The translations under genes were made by a program, and so were the position numbers. The notes beneath the pieces are model-generated. The model saw only the letters and a list, made by a program, of their open reading frames with translations. It made no database searches and had not been told where the DNA came from. Below are positions 19,082-26,688 of a stretch of DNA of 32,000 bases, one piece after another; the first letter of the stretch is position 1, and every line of letters starts with the position of its first letter. Origin of the DNA: Candidatus Electronema halotolerans (GTDB lineage Bacteria; Desulfobacterota; Desulfobulbia; Desulfobulbales; Desulfobulbaceae); assembly GCA_942493095.1 (NCBI GenBank), contig OW818675.1:1440001-1472000 (forward strand), written 5' to 3'.

Positions 19082-20884
19082 ATGCTCAGACTGCCCGTCC
19101 GCGCTTTCAGCCTGAAAAAGCGCATCGTCTTTGGCTACCTCTGCACCGGGGCCGTGGCCTGCGCCATCGTCCTGCTCTCCTGGGGCACCTTTGAACGGTT
19201 CTCTGCTGACCTGCGCAAGATCGTCCAGTTCAGCCGCCATGCCGCTGACAGCATGACCTTTGCCGCCCAGATGGCTGAGATGCAGCGCAAGGCCCTGATC
19301 TATATTTATGAAGGCCATAATTCAGCAGGCGAGCAGGTCAGGGCGGTCTATCAGCAGATGATCGGCAGCATCAGCAGAGATAGAGGTCTGGCCGCAGCAA
19401 ACGCAGCCGCAGCCTTGGCTGGAACGCATCTGAATGCCTATTACGAGGCCTTCAAGGAAGTGCGGCAGCAGCGGAATATCCGGGAGCGGCTGACCAAGAT
19501 GGAACTGCGCATATATGCCACCAGAGCGCAGCAGCTCATTGAGGAGATGACCAGAGAGGAGGAGAGGCACAAGCGGCTGGAGTGCGCCCGGATGCTCAAC
19601 GCCTTTCTTCAGATTGAAAAGAACGCCTACCGATACTTTGACTCGCTTGACGGCCAGTTCATCCGGGCCGCGTCAGACTATATTGAGCAAACCCGCTCCA
19701 TGCTGGGCATTTTCAGCAACCGGCAGCGGACAGCGGACTTGGCCGCAGTGCTGGACCAGTACGAAAGCACCTTTCTGGAGGCGGTGCAGCGCACACGCGG
19801 CTACCTCTATCTGGTCAATGTGGTCATGGCTGCCGAGGCCTACGAGACCATGTATCAGGTGCGGAAGCTGGCCAAGATCATGAGTGACGCATCTGAGCAG
19901 GCGCAGGAGGAGGTGACAGCCCATATCAGCTCCCGGCTGTGGCTGCTCCTCCTCACCAGCGGCCTGCTCCTTCTGTTCATCATCCTTTTTTCATGGATCA
20001 TCATCAAGAGCATCACAACCCCCCTCAACCGGCTGACCCAGACCTTCCAGCGGCTGGCCGCAGGCTCGTCCGAGGCCGACATTCCTCCCTATCCGCTCGA
20101 AGATGAGCTGGGCGCGCTGACCCGTGCCGCTGCCAGCTTCAAAGCCAAGAACATTGAGCTGGAGGAGAGCAAAAAGGAGCTGGAGCATTCCAATGACGAG
20201 CTGGAGCAGTTTGTCTATACAGTCTCGCATGATCTCAAGTCGCCGATAGTCACCAGCATGGGCTTCATCGGCATCATCCGCAAGCTGGCTGATCAAGGCA
20301 AGGCCGAGCAGGCTGTCGGCATGTTGGATAAGGTGGTCAAGGCCAATGAGCGGATGAGCCAGCTCATCAACGATCTGCTCGAACTGAGCCGGGTCGGGCG
20401 GATTGACATGGAGACCAAGCCGTTTGATCTCAACCTGCTCTTAGCCGACTTTGCCCGCAGCCGGAGCGAGGTGCTGGCCCAGGAGCAGTTCCGCCTGCTC
20501 ATCGAACCCGGCCTGCCGACCATTCTTGCCAACGAGAGCCGCGCCCTGCAAATCTTTGAGAACATCCTCTCCAATGCCCTCAAATACGCCAACCAAAAAC
20601 GGAACGGCTGCCTGCGCATCAGTTCGGCCAGCGACGCGGCATGGCATCATGTCCTTTGCGCTGACAACGGGCCGGGCATCCCGGAGGAGTATCGGGAAAA
20701 AATCTTCGGGCTTTTTTACCGGCTGGATGTCAATATGGAAGGCACCGGCATTGGCTTGGCCGTGGCCAGGAAGATCATGAAGCTGCACGGCGGTGAAATT
20801 TGGGTCGAAGCAGGGCCGGAAGGCGGGGCCGTGTTTCATCTCACTTTCCCAAAAACGGAACCAGGCATCCGGCAGGAAGGGTAA
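19082..20884 (+). CDS. Sensor histidine kinase: TM, ~250-aa helical periplasmic domain, TM, HAMP, HisKA, HATPase_c
   Basis: 600 aa. Two hydrophobic segments (FGYLCTGAVACAIVLLSW and LWLLLLTSGLLLLFIILFSWIII). HAMP-like TTPLNRLTQTFQRLAAG. H-box FVYTVSHDLKSPI. N and G boxes (NILSNALKYA, DNGPGIPEEYREKIF, GTGIGLAVARKI). Confidence 0.9.
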   Translation: MLRLPVRAFSLKKRIVFGYLCTGAVACAIVLLSWGTFERFSADLRKIVQFSRHAADSMTFAAQMAEMQRKALIYIYEGHNSAGEQVRAVYQQMIGSISRDRGLAAANAAAALAGTHLNAYYEAFKEVRQQRNIRERLTKMELRIYATRAQQLIEEMTREEERHKRLECARMLNAFLQIEKNAYRYFDSLDGQFIRAASDYIEQTRSMLGIFSNRQRTADLAAVLDQYESTFLEAVQRTRGYLYLVNVVMAAEAYETMYQVRKLAKIMSDASEQAQEEVTAHISSRLWLLLLTSGLLLLFIILFSWIIIKSITTPLNRLTQTFQRLAAGSSEADIPPYPLEDELGALTRAAASFKAKNIELEESKKELEHSNDELEQFVYTVSHDLKSPIVTSMGFIGIIRKLADQGKAEQAVGMLDKVVKANERMSQLINDLLELSRVGRIDMETKPFDLNLLLADFARSRSEVLAQEQFRLLIEPGLPTILANESRALQIFENILSNALKYANQKRNGCLRISSASDAAWHHVLCADNGPGIPEEYREKIFGLFYRLDVNMEGTGIGLAVARKIMKLHGGEIWVEAGPEGGAVFHLTFPKTEPGIRQEG

Positions 20885-21040
20885 TCTGAACGTTCTTTCT
20901 GCCGCCGCAGGTAGGGGCTGCCCCCTGTGGCCGACCCGGCATTTCCCGTCATTTTAGCACTTTGCACGGGCAGACACAGGTATCTGTCCCTACGGCGGAC
21001 GGCAGAACTCCGGCTATATTGCCATTCAGATGACAAGGAC

Positions 21041-21060
21041 GCTCCTGTCCTGACAGGAGC
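21041..21060 (+). promoter_or_regulatory. Perfect 9-bp stem hairpin/palindrome in the leader of the response-regulator operon
   Basis: GCTCCTGTC-ct-GACAGGAGC, 37 nt upstream of the ATG at 21097. Function unknown (operator or RNA hairpin). Confidence 0.4.
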
Positions 21061-21096
21061 TGCGGGCCGGTGCGGAAGAACATAAGGAGACATGAC

Positions 21097-21552
21097 ATGA
21101 GTCAGGAGGAACGCAAGCTGCTGCTGATTGAGGACAATGATGATCATGCCGAACTGGCTGAATTCTACATCAAAGACTGCGGGCCGCAGTTTCAGGTCAG
21201 GCGTTTACGGGACGGAGCCGAGGCAATGGCTTATATTGAGCAGGCCGAGTGCGCGGAGCAGTGCCTGCCCTGGCTGGTTCTGCTTGATCTCAAGCTGCCC
21301 AAATACGACGGCCACGAAGTCCTGATCCAGCTCAAGAAAAGCCCCTGCCTGGCCAAGGTGCCGGTGGTCATCTTCTCCACCTCCAATTCCGGCAAGGACA
21401 TTGAGCAGGCCCTGAACAATCATGCCAACAGCTATCTGATCAAGCCGATGGAGGCGGACAAGTACGGCCAGCTAATCAGCGAGATGCTCCATTACTGGCA
21501 GTTGAACCAGCATCATCATATCCTCTGCCCTCCACGCAAGACCAATGCCTGA
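21097..21552 (+). CDS. Stand-alone CheY-like receiver protein (Rcp1-like)
   Basis: AAGGAGA RBS 6 nt upstream of the ATG at 21097; the ORF-track GTG at 21070 is rejected. KLLLIEDNDDHAEL, phospho-acceptor context LVLLDLKLPK, VVIFSTS, YLIKP. No output domain. Confidence 0.9.
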   Translation: MSQEERKLLLIEDNDDHAELAEFYIKDCGPQFQVRRLRDGAEAMAYIEQAECAEQCLPWLVLLDLKLPKYDGHEVLIQLKKSPCLAKVPVVIFSTSNSGKDIEQALNNHANSYLIKPMEADKYGQLISEMLHYWQLNQHHHILCPPRKTNA

Positions 21553-24130
21553 ACAGCCGCTGAATATCCTTCTGATTGAGGACAACCCTGATCATGCCGA
21601 CCTCTTTCTGGCCAACCTGTCCCTGACCGCTTACGCTCATGCGCAGGTGGTCAGACAGGAGACCTTGCGGGGCGGACAGGCGGCTTTGGCGGACGGGCAG
21701 TTTGATCTTCTCTTCATCGACCTCTCGCTCCAGGACAGCAGCATTGCCGAAACCATGACCCAGCTCCGGGACATGGGCCTGAGCTGCGGCTGCCCGGTCA
21801 TTGTCCTCACCTCGCTGGACGACCGCAGCACCATTCTCGACATCATCAGAAAGGGCGCGGATGATTGTCTGCCCAAGCTGGAGCTGAACGACACCCTGCT
21901 GGAACGAATCATCCATTTCAACCTTGACCGCTGGCGGCTCCGGCAGCAGCTGCTCAGGAGCGAGGAGGCCTACAAGGACCTGTACGACAATTCGCCCAAC
22001 ATGCTCGGCTCTGTTGATGTCGCGACCCGCAAGGTCCTGACCTGCAATCAGACCTTTGCCAGAAAAACAGGCTACAGCATGGAGGAGATCATTGGCAGAA
22101 GGATTGACGAGTTCTATCATCCTGACTGCCTGGAGCACTTTCAGAAGGTCTTCGCCTCGTTCCTGAGGACTGGGGTGATCAGGAATGCCGAAATCAAGAT
22201 CAGGCGCAAGGACGGCGCTGTCATTGACGTGCTGCTCAATGTCTCAGCCGTGCGGGATGAGCAGGGCAATATCCTGCATACCCGCTCCACGTGGATTGAC
22301 ATCACCGAAAAACACGCGGCGGAACGGGAACTCCAGCATATTCAGCAGCTCAACCGGCTGATCATTGACACCATCCCGGACCTGCTCTGGCTCAAGGATG
22401 CGGACGGGGTCTATTTGGCCTGCAATCCCCGTTTCGAGGAATTCTTCGGCGCGCCGGAGGCGGAGATCATCGGCAGGACAGATTATGATTTTGTCAGCAA
22501 GGAGCTGTCCGATGCCTTCCGCATGTATGATAAAAAGGCTGCAACAGCGAGAAAGACTTTGGTGAATGAGGAATGGGTGACGCTGGCTGACGGCAAGGAG
22601 ATTCTGCTGGAAACCACCAAGGCGCCGCTGATTGACGATGACGGCAGTCTTGCCGGGGTCATGGGCATTGGTCATGACATCACGGAGCGGCATGAGGCGG
22701 CCCAGAAGATTGAGGCGGCCAGCCGGGCCAAGTCAGTGTTCCTTTCCAGCATGAGCCACGAGCTGCGCACCCCGCTCAACGCCATTCTCGGCTACACCCA
22801 GATATTTCTCAACGATGAGAGCCTGACCGACCGGCAGCGGAGCGGGATCAGCACCATCCATCAGGCCGGCGAGCACCTGCTGCTCCTGATCAACGACATT
22901 CTCGACATTTCCCGGATTGAATCCGGCAAGATGGAACTGATCGAGACCGAGTTCTGCCTTGGCTCCTTCCTGCAAGGCATTGGTGACATCATCCAGCTCC
23001 GGGCCAGAGACAAGGGCTTGGACTTTCTCCTGGAGACCAAGACCCTGCCGTCCGTGATCATTGCCGATGAGCTGCGTCTGCGGCAGGTGCTCCTCAATCT
23101 GCTCACCAATGCGGTCAAGTTCACTGGCAGCGGCTGGTGCGCCCTCAAGGTGCGGGCTGAGGCCATCGGTGAAGGCCGGGTGCGGCTGGATATTGCGGTT
23201 GAGGACAGCGGCCCCGGCATCAGCGCGGATGAGCAGCAGCTCATCTTTGAACCCTTTCTCCAAGTGGGCGAGCGGCTTCAGCACCGGGAGGGCACCGGCC
23301 TTGGCCTGGCGATCAGCCGGGAAATGGTGCGGCTGATGGGCGGCGAGCTGCACGTGCTCAGTCCGGTCAGCAGCAGGACGGAGGATGGGACAGGGCCGGG
23401 CTGCCGCTTCTTTTTCAGCATTGAGGCACCAGTCTCCAATCACCAGATCAACCCTGCCCGCCAGCAGCGCAAAGTAATTGGCTACACCTGCCCGTGGCAG
23501 CCGGGCCTGCCGCTCAGGGTGCTGGTTGTCGATGACAAGCTCTCCAACCGGGCCGTGCTGCGCGACACCTTGGAACCGCTCGGCTTTCTCATCCAGGAGG
23601 CGGCGGACGGCGTGGAAGTGCCTGCGGCCTGCGGCCGCTTCTGGCCCCATATCATTCTCATGGATTTGCGGATGCCGAAAGTCGATGGCTTCACTGCTGC
23701 CGTCGATCTCAAACGGCAGCCGGAATTCCGCCATATTCCCATTGTCGCAGTCACTGCCTCCATTGCCGAGGGCGACATCTTCCGCCGCCGCTGTCTGGAG
23801 AATGGCTTCTGCGATTACATCCACAAGCCGTTTTCCGCTGCCGAGCTGCTGGAAATCATGGCGGATCATCTCAATATTGAGCTGATCTACAGCAAAACCA
23901 AAACAGCGGCGGAGCAGGAGGATATCGTCTTGCCGCCCCAGGAGCTGCTGGATGCGCTGGATGCGCTGGCCGAGGTTGGCGAGATTCAGGGCCTCAGTGA
24001 CAAGATTGCGGAAATCGCGCAGATGGAAGCGGGCAAATACCGGGTCTTTGCCCGCCGGGCGCAGGAGCTGGCCGAAGACTTCAATTTCACCTCTCTGCTG
24101 GACTTAGCAGCAGGCCGTTTGAACCAATAG
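21545..24130 (+). CDS. Hybrid sensor kinase: REC, PAS, PAS, HisKA, HATPase_c, REC, then a ~85-aa His-free helical tail
   Basis: 861 aa. Its start overlaps the upstream stop by 8 nt (ATGCCTGA). N-terminal receiver (ILLIEDNPDHADL, LLFIDLSL). Two PAS-like segments. H-box SSMSHELRTPLNAILGY. G boxes (DSGPGIS, GTGLGLAISREM). C-terminal receiver (VLVVDDKLSNR, ILMDLRMPKVDG, YIHKP). Confidence 0.9.
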   Translation: MPEQPLNILLIEDNPDHADLFLANLSLTAYAHAQVVRQETLRGGQAALADGQFDLLFIDLSLQDSSIAETMTQLRDMGLSCGCPVIVLTSLDDRSTILDIIRKGADDCLPKLELNDTLLERIIHFNLDRWRLRQQLLRSEEAYKDLYDNSPNMLGSVDVATRKVLTCNQTFARKTGYSMEEIIGRRIDEFYHPDCLEHFQKVFASFLRTGVIRNAEIKIRRKDGAVIDVLLNVSAVRDEQGNILHTRSTWIDITEKHAAERELQHIQQLNRLIIDTIPDLLWLKDADGVYLACNPRFEEFFGAPEAEIIGRTDYDFVSKELSDAFRMYDKKAATARKTLVNEEWVTLADGKEILLETTKAPLIDDDGSLAGVMGIGHDITERHEAAQKIEAASRAKSVFLSSMSHELRTPLNAILGYTQIFLNDESLTDRQRSGISTIHQAGEHLLLLINDILDISRIESGKMELIETEFCLGSFLQGIGDIIQLRARDKGLDFLLETKTLPSVIIADELRLRQVLLNLLTNAVKFTGSGWCALKVRAEAIGEGRVRLDIAVEDSGPGISADEQQLIFEPFLQVGERLQHREGTGLGLAISREMVRLMGGELHVLSPVSSRTEDGTGPGCRFFFSIEAPVSNHQINPARQQRKVIGYTCPWQPGLPLRVLVVDDKLSNRAVLRDTLEPLGFLIQEAADGVEVPAACGRFWPHIILMDLRMPKVDGFTAAVDLKRQPEFRHIPIVAVTASIAEGDIFRRRCLENGFCDYIHKPFSAAELLEIMADHLNIELIYSKTKTAAEQEDIVLPPQELLDALDALAEVGEIQGLSDKIAEIAQMEAGKYRVFARRAQELAEDFNFTSLLDLAAGRLNQ

Positions 24131-24136
24131 AAGACC

Positions 24137-24748
24137 ATGCCCCAAGCTAAGGACTCGATTCTTGTTGTTGATGATCAGCCTACCAACCTGCGGGTGCTGC
24201 TCGCCTTTCTCCAGTCACACAACTTTCAGCTCTACATTGCTGACAGCGGCACCCGCGCCCTGAGCATCCTCAGCAGGGTCAGCCCGGACCTGATCCTGCT
24301 TGACGTGATGATGCCGGACATAGACGGCTTTGAGACCTGCCGCCGGATCAAGGCGGATGAAGAGCGGAAGCACATTCCCGTGGTCTTCATGACCGCTTTG
24401 GACAGCGTGGAGGACAAGATGGCTGGCTTCTCAGCAGGCGGAGTGGATTACATCACCAAGCCGTTTCAGCAGGTGGAAGTGCTGGCCCGGATCAGAACCC
24501 ATATCACCCTGCGGAAACGGGAGCTGGAGCTGGAGCAGGCCTTGACGGAAATCAAGACCCTGACCGGCATCCTGCCGATATGCTCCTATTGCAAGCAGAT
24601 CCGCAACGATCAGGGCTACTGGCAGCAGGTGGAGGAATATATCAGCCAGCACTCCAAGGCCATGTTCAGCCACGGCCTCTGCCCGGACTGCTATCAGAAG
24701 GAAATGGAGCATGTCCGCAGATTGACGGAAAAAAAGGCGGAGGAGTGA
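24137..24748 (+). CDS. Response regulator with a C-terminal four-cysteine (CxxC-29-CxxC) domain of unknown function
   Basis: 203 aa. Receiver domain (ILVVDDQPTNLRVL, LILLDVMMPDIDG, VVFMTAL, YITKPF), a coiled-coil linker, then LPICSYCKQIRNDQGYWQQVEEYISQHSKAMFSHGLCPDCYQKEM with Cys149/152/182/185. Confidence 0.9.
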   Translation: MPQAKDSILVVDDQPTNLRVLLAFLQSHNFQLYIADSGTRALSILSRVSPDLILLDVMMPDIDGFETCRRIKADEERKHIPVVFMTALDSVEDKMAGFSAGGVDYITKPFQQVEVLARIRTHITLRKRELELEQALTEIKTLTGILPICSYCKQIRNDQGYWQQVEEYISQHSKAMFSHGLCPDCYQKEMEHVRRLTEKKAEE

Positions 24749-24756
24749 AGGAGGGT

Positions 24757-24782
24757 GCCCGGAGACAGCGCTCCGGGCTTTG
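24757..24782. terminator. Hairpin between convergent genes (likely bidirectional terminator)
   Basis: GCCCGGAG-acagcg-CTCCGGGC followed by TTT. It lies between the stops at 24748 (+) and 24801 (-). Confidence 0.6.
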
Positions 24783-24800
24783 GCTGGAAGAGCTGCCTGC

Positions 24801-25160
24801 TCAGTAGGAATGTGTGCCCAGCACCACCTTGACCCCGAATTTCTTCTCCAAATTGATCTTCAGATCATCGTAGGCAATGGGGCAGCCTGCGGTTTCCATA
24901 GCCGCCTTCATGCAGGTGCCGAGATGCACCACCTCCATCGGCCTGTCAAGACTGCTGGTGGTCTCCTTGAGCAGCTTGACCCTCGGCACGGTCAGACCAG
25001 GGCAGCCGCCGCAGTCGGTCATGGCCACCAGCTCAATGTCCTCATCCTTGTACTGAGCAAATTCACCGTTTTTCTCAGCCATGCCCTTGTAGCACTTGGC
25101 GCAGGCGATGCAGGAGTTGTCCTTGATCTGCTTGCAGTACAGGATTGCGATTTTAGCCAT
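24801..25160 (-). CDS. CGGC-domain cysteine-rich protein
   Basis: Start at ATG 25160 (MAKIAILYCKQ...) with GGAG ~10 nt upstream. Contains DCGGCPG plus further conserved Cys (CKQIKDNSCIACAKC, GTCMK, AGCP). 119 aa. Confidence 0.8.
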   Translation of the reverse strand: MAKIAILYCKQIKDNSCIACAKCYKGMAEKNGEFAQYKDEDIELVAMTDCGGCPGLTVPRVKLLKETTSSLDRPMEVVHLGTCMKAAMETAGCPIAYDDLKINLEKKFGVKVVLGTHSY

Positions 25161-25402
25161 AATGCGTTCTCCGTTGAAAAAAAGTACCAAGAACGGGCCG
25201 CGCTGCCGCTGCCCGATGCAGTTTGCCGCACTAACTCACGGGAAGAAAAGATGTTGAGCTTAAATCACCTGAAGCGGGAACGCAAGCGGATTTGTCAAAT
25301 ATCTCATGCTTTCGGGGAGGAAGATTCGTCGGTGCAGGCATGGCGGCAAGACAGTTGGCTGCCTGTTCTCCAGCTGGGCAAGCAGTTTATTCGGGGCACT
25401 GC

Positions 25403-25431
25403 TTGACATCACACTCTAATAATGATAATAA
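25403..25431 (+). promoter_or_regulatory. Sigma70 promoter candidate for the 132-aa gene
   Basis: TTGACA (25403-25408), 17 nt, TAATAA (25426-25431), in an AT-rich tract. Confidence 0.4.
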
Positions 25432-25473
25432 TTACTATATAGCATTGCTAATCAACCTACAGAGAGGTGCTCC

Positions 25474-25872
25474 ATGCTGACTCTTGCAGAAATACGACAA
25501 GACAGGACATTGGCCAACAGCATCGACTGGGCGATGACCCCAGAGAAAGCTGTGGAAATGTATCTGGAATGGGGAACAGGCTGGATCAGGGGCAACGACT
25601 TTGTTTCCAGCGCCAGCGATGAGAGCTATTACTTTGTCATCTATGACTGGGAGATTGAGCCGCCGGTAGTCACGCTGCTGCACCGCACGGTTGAGGGCGC
25701 GGAAGAACTCGCCAAAATCGAAGTGCCCAAAGACCTCTTTGATGCCTCCTGCAAAGAGGACGGCATCAAGCCGGGCGGAACAGTTCATCGCTTGACCCGT
25801 GCGCTCAAAGAATGGCTGAATGTCCGTATTGAAGGACCGCCTCTTGAGTTCTTCGTCGGAATCGAACACTGA
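25474..25872 (+). CDS. Hypothetical cytoplasmic protein, 132 aa, family not recognised
   Basis: GAGAGGTG RBS 6 nt upstream of the ATG. Host-like codon composition. Followed by a strong terminator. No motif I can name. Confidence 0.65.
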   Translation: MLTLAEIRQDRTLANSIDWAMTPEKAVEMYLEWGTGWIRGNDFVSSASDESYYFVIYDWEIEPPVVTLLHRTVEGAEELAKIEVPKDLFDASCKEDGIKPGGTVHRLTRALKEWLNVRIEGPPLEFFVGIEH

Positions 25873-25908
25873 CAGTCACCATCTTCATCTCCAGCAGCAT
25901 GAACAAAA

Positions 25909-25934
25909 GGCCGGATGCTTTCATCCGGCCTTTC
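25909..25934. terminator. Rho-independent terminator (A-tract/T-tract flanked, potentially bidirectional)
   Basis: AAAA-GGCCGGATG-cttt-CATCCGGCC-TTT. Confidence 0.75.
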
Positions 25935-25960
25935 TGCATCTTCCGCCTGAACCGTGCTCC

Positions 25961-26003
25961 TTACCCCTGAATGCGCACCTTGCTCTGCTTACGCAGCAGG
26001 CGG
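25961..26003 (-). pseudogene. Orphan remnant of a typA/bipA 3' end (last ~13 codons plus stop)
   Basis: The minus strand encodes ...HRLLRKQSKVRIQG*, compared with the intact TypA C-terminus ...[14 protein letters not shown] at 26689-26733. By my own alignment, 28 of 33 nt are identical over the last 11 codons. Similarity (GnGCTCCTnA) continues just past the stop. Confidence 0.55.
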
Positions 26004-26079
26004 TGCGGGCAAGCGGCTGTATCGTTCGCCATCTCCAAGCCAACATGATTGGCGCGCATCCTGCGGTGCTGAGGAGGAC

Positions 26080-26185
26080 ACCAGTGTGCAGGCAGGCTCG
26101 ACACTGGTGTCGGCGATGACTGCATACCAGTGTGCAGCCACGCTGGACACTGGTGTCGGGAGCGCGTGATCACCAGTGTGCAGGT
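26080..26185. repeat. 46-bp tandem repeat, ~2.3 copies, each unit containing an internal inverted repeat
   Basis: ACCAGTGTGCAG starts at 26080, 26126 and 26172 (period 46). Units 1 and 2 also carry ACACTGGTGTCGG, the inverted partner of ACCAGTGT. Confidence 0.85.
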
Positions 26186-26194
26186 GGGGAGAAA

Positions 26195-26222
26195 GGGTGA
26201 AGGGTGAAGGGTGAAGGGTGAA
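26195..26222. repeat. Heptanucleotide tandem repeat (GGGTGAA)x4
   Basis: Read directly: four perfect contiguous copies. Confidence 0.9.
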
Positions 26223-26232
26223 GTCGGGGCAT

Positions 26233-26325
26233 CACGCAGACTTGATTGAACAGACGCGGCAGCAGATCAAGTTGACCAATGGACGACAGGGCGATGAACG
26301 GCGTGGTGTTGGAGAAGACAATCAC
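26233..26325 (-). pseudogene. 3'-truncated PIN-like (DUF3368-type) toxin gene remnant
   Basis: From the GTG at 26325 the minus strand encodes (M)IVFSNTTPFIALSSIGQLDLLPRLFNQVCV. This resembles the N-terminus of DUF3368/PIN partners of UPF0175 antitoxins. Homology stops after ~31 codons, where the heptamer repeat begins; full-length proteins are ~150 aa by my recollection. Confidence 0.5.
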
Positions 26326-26578
26326 AGCAGCATGGTGTCTCCCTGCGGAAGTCGTCGGACGAGTCCTCAAGCAAGGCGGCTCCCTGCTCCATCGCCTTGA
26401 AGAGAAAGGCAGCCCGTGGCATGTCAAGCCATCGCGCCGCCATCCCGGAAGAGATGCTTCCCTTCCTGAACAAGGCGATTGCCGCCTCCAGCTTGACCAT
26501 CTCCGCAAGGCGTTCCACGTTGACATGCAGCCCCTGCAGCAGCTCTGCGGGACATTCTATGCACATGACCTTTTCCAT
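26267..26578 (-). CDS. UPF0175-family antitoxin-like protein (C-terminus possibly frame-altered)
   Basis: MEKVMCIECPAELLQGLHVNVERLAEMVKLEAAIALFRKGSISSGMAARWLDMPRAAFLFKAMEQGAAL fits my recollection of the UPF0175 pattern (IxIPxELL..., LAxxLYxxGKxSxGxAAxLxGxxRxxF). The ORF runs on ~20 codons into the toxin remnant instead of ending at the GTGA junction. Confidence 0.6.
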   Translation of the reverse strand: MEKVMCIECPAELLQGLHVNVERLAEMVKLEAAIALFRKGSISSGMAARWLDMPRAAFLFKAMEQGAALLEDSSDDFRRETPCCCDCLLQHHAVHRPVVHWST

Positions 26579-26688
26579 GAGAAACCTCTGTTGTTGAAAC
26601 GACACCGCACTGTGCAGCAAGCATGTTGTCAACAGGAAAAAGACCAGCCCTGCGCTTCAACAATGCAGGGCAGTCTTTGCTGCGCTCC

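Noticed and set aside
17147-19125. 250-aa (17147..17899) and 273-aa (18304..19125) minus-strand ORFs
   Set aside because: They overlap xerD and the solute-binding-protein gene on the opposite strand and are compositional artefacts. No signal or motif supports them.
22733-23869. 378-aa minus-strand ORF inside the hybrid kinase gene, plus 21476..22138, 22244..22693 and 22861..23244
   Set aside because: Same reasoning. The plus-strand frame carries complete REC/PAS/HisKA/HATPase motifs, and the antisense translations have no recognisable features.
23867-24130. HPt domain at the C-terminus of the hybrid kinase
   Set aside because: The ~85-residue tail contains no histidine, so it cannot be a phosphotransfer domain. 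It is left as an unassigned helical extension.
25251-25406. 51-codon ORF (MLSLNHLKRERKRICQ...) in the divergent region upstream of the 132-aa gene
   Set aside because: It is the tail of a 208-aa ORF antisense to the CGGC gene. It has only a marginal purine-rich stretch upstream and no supporting features.
26080-26222. Possible CRISPR array
   Set aside because: There are only ~2.3 units of 46 bp. The conserved parts are two short blocks rather than one 28-37-bp repeat, the spacers are 9-12 nt, and no cas genes or leader are present.
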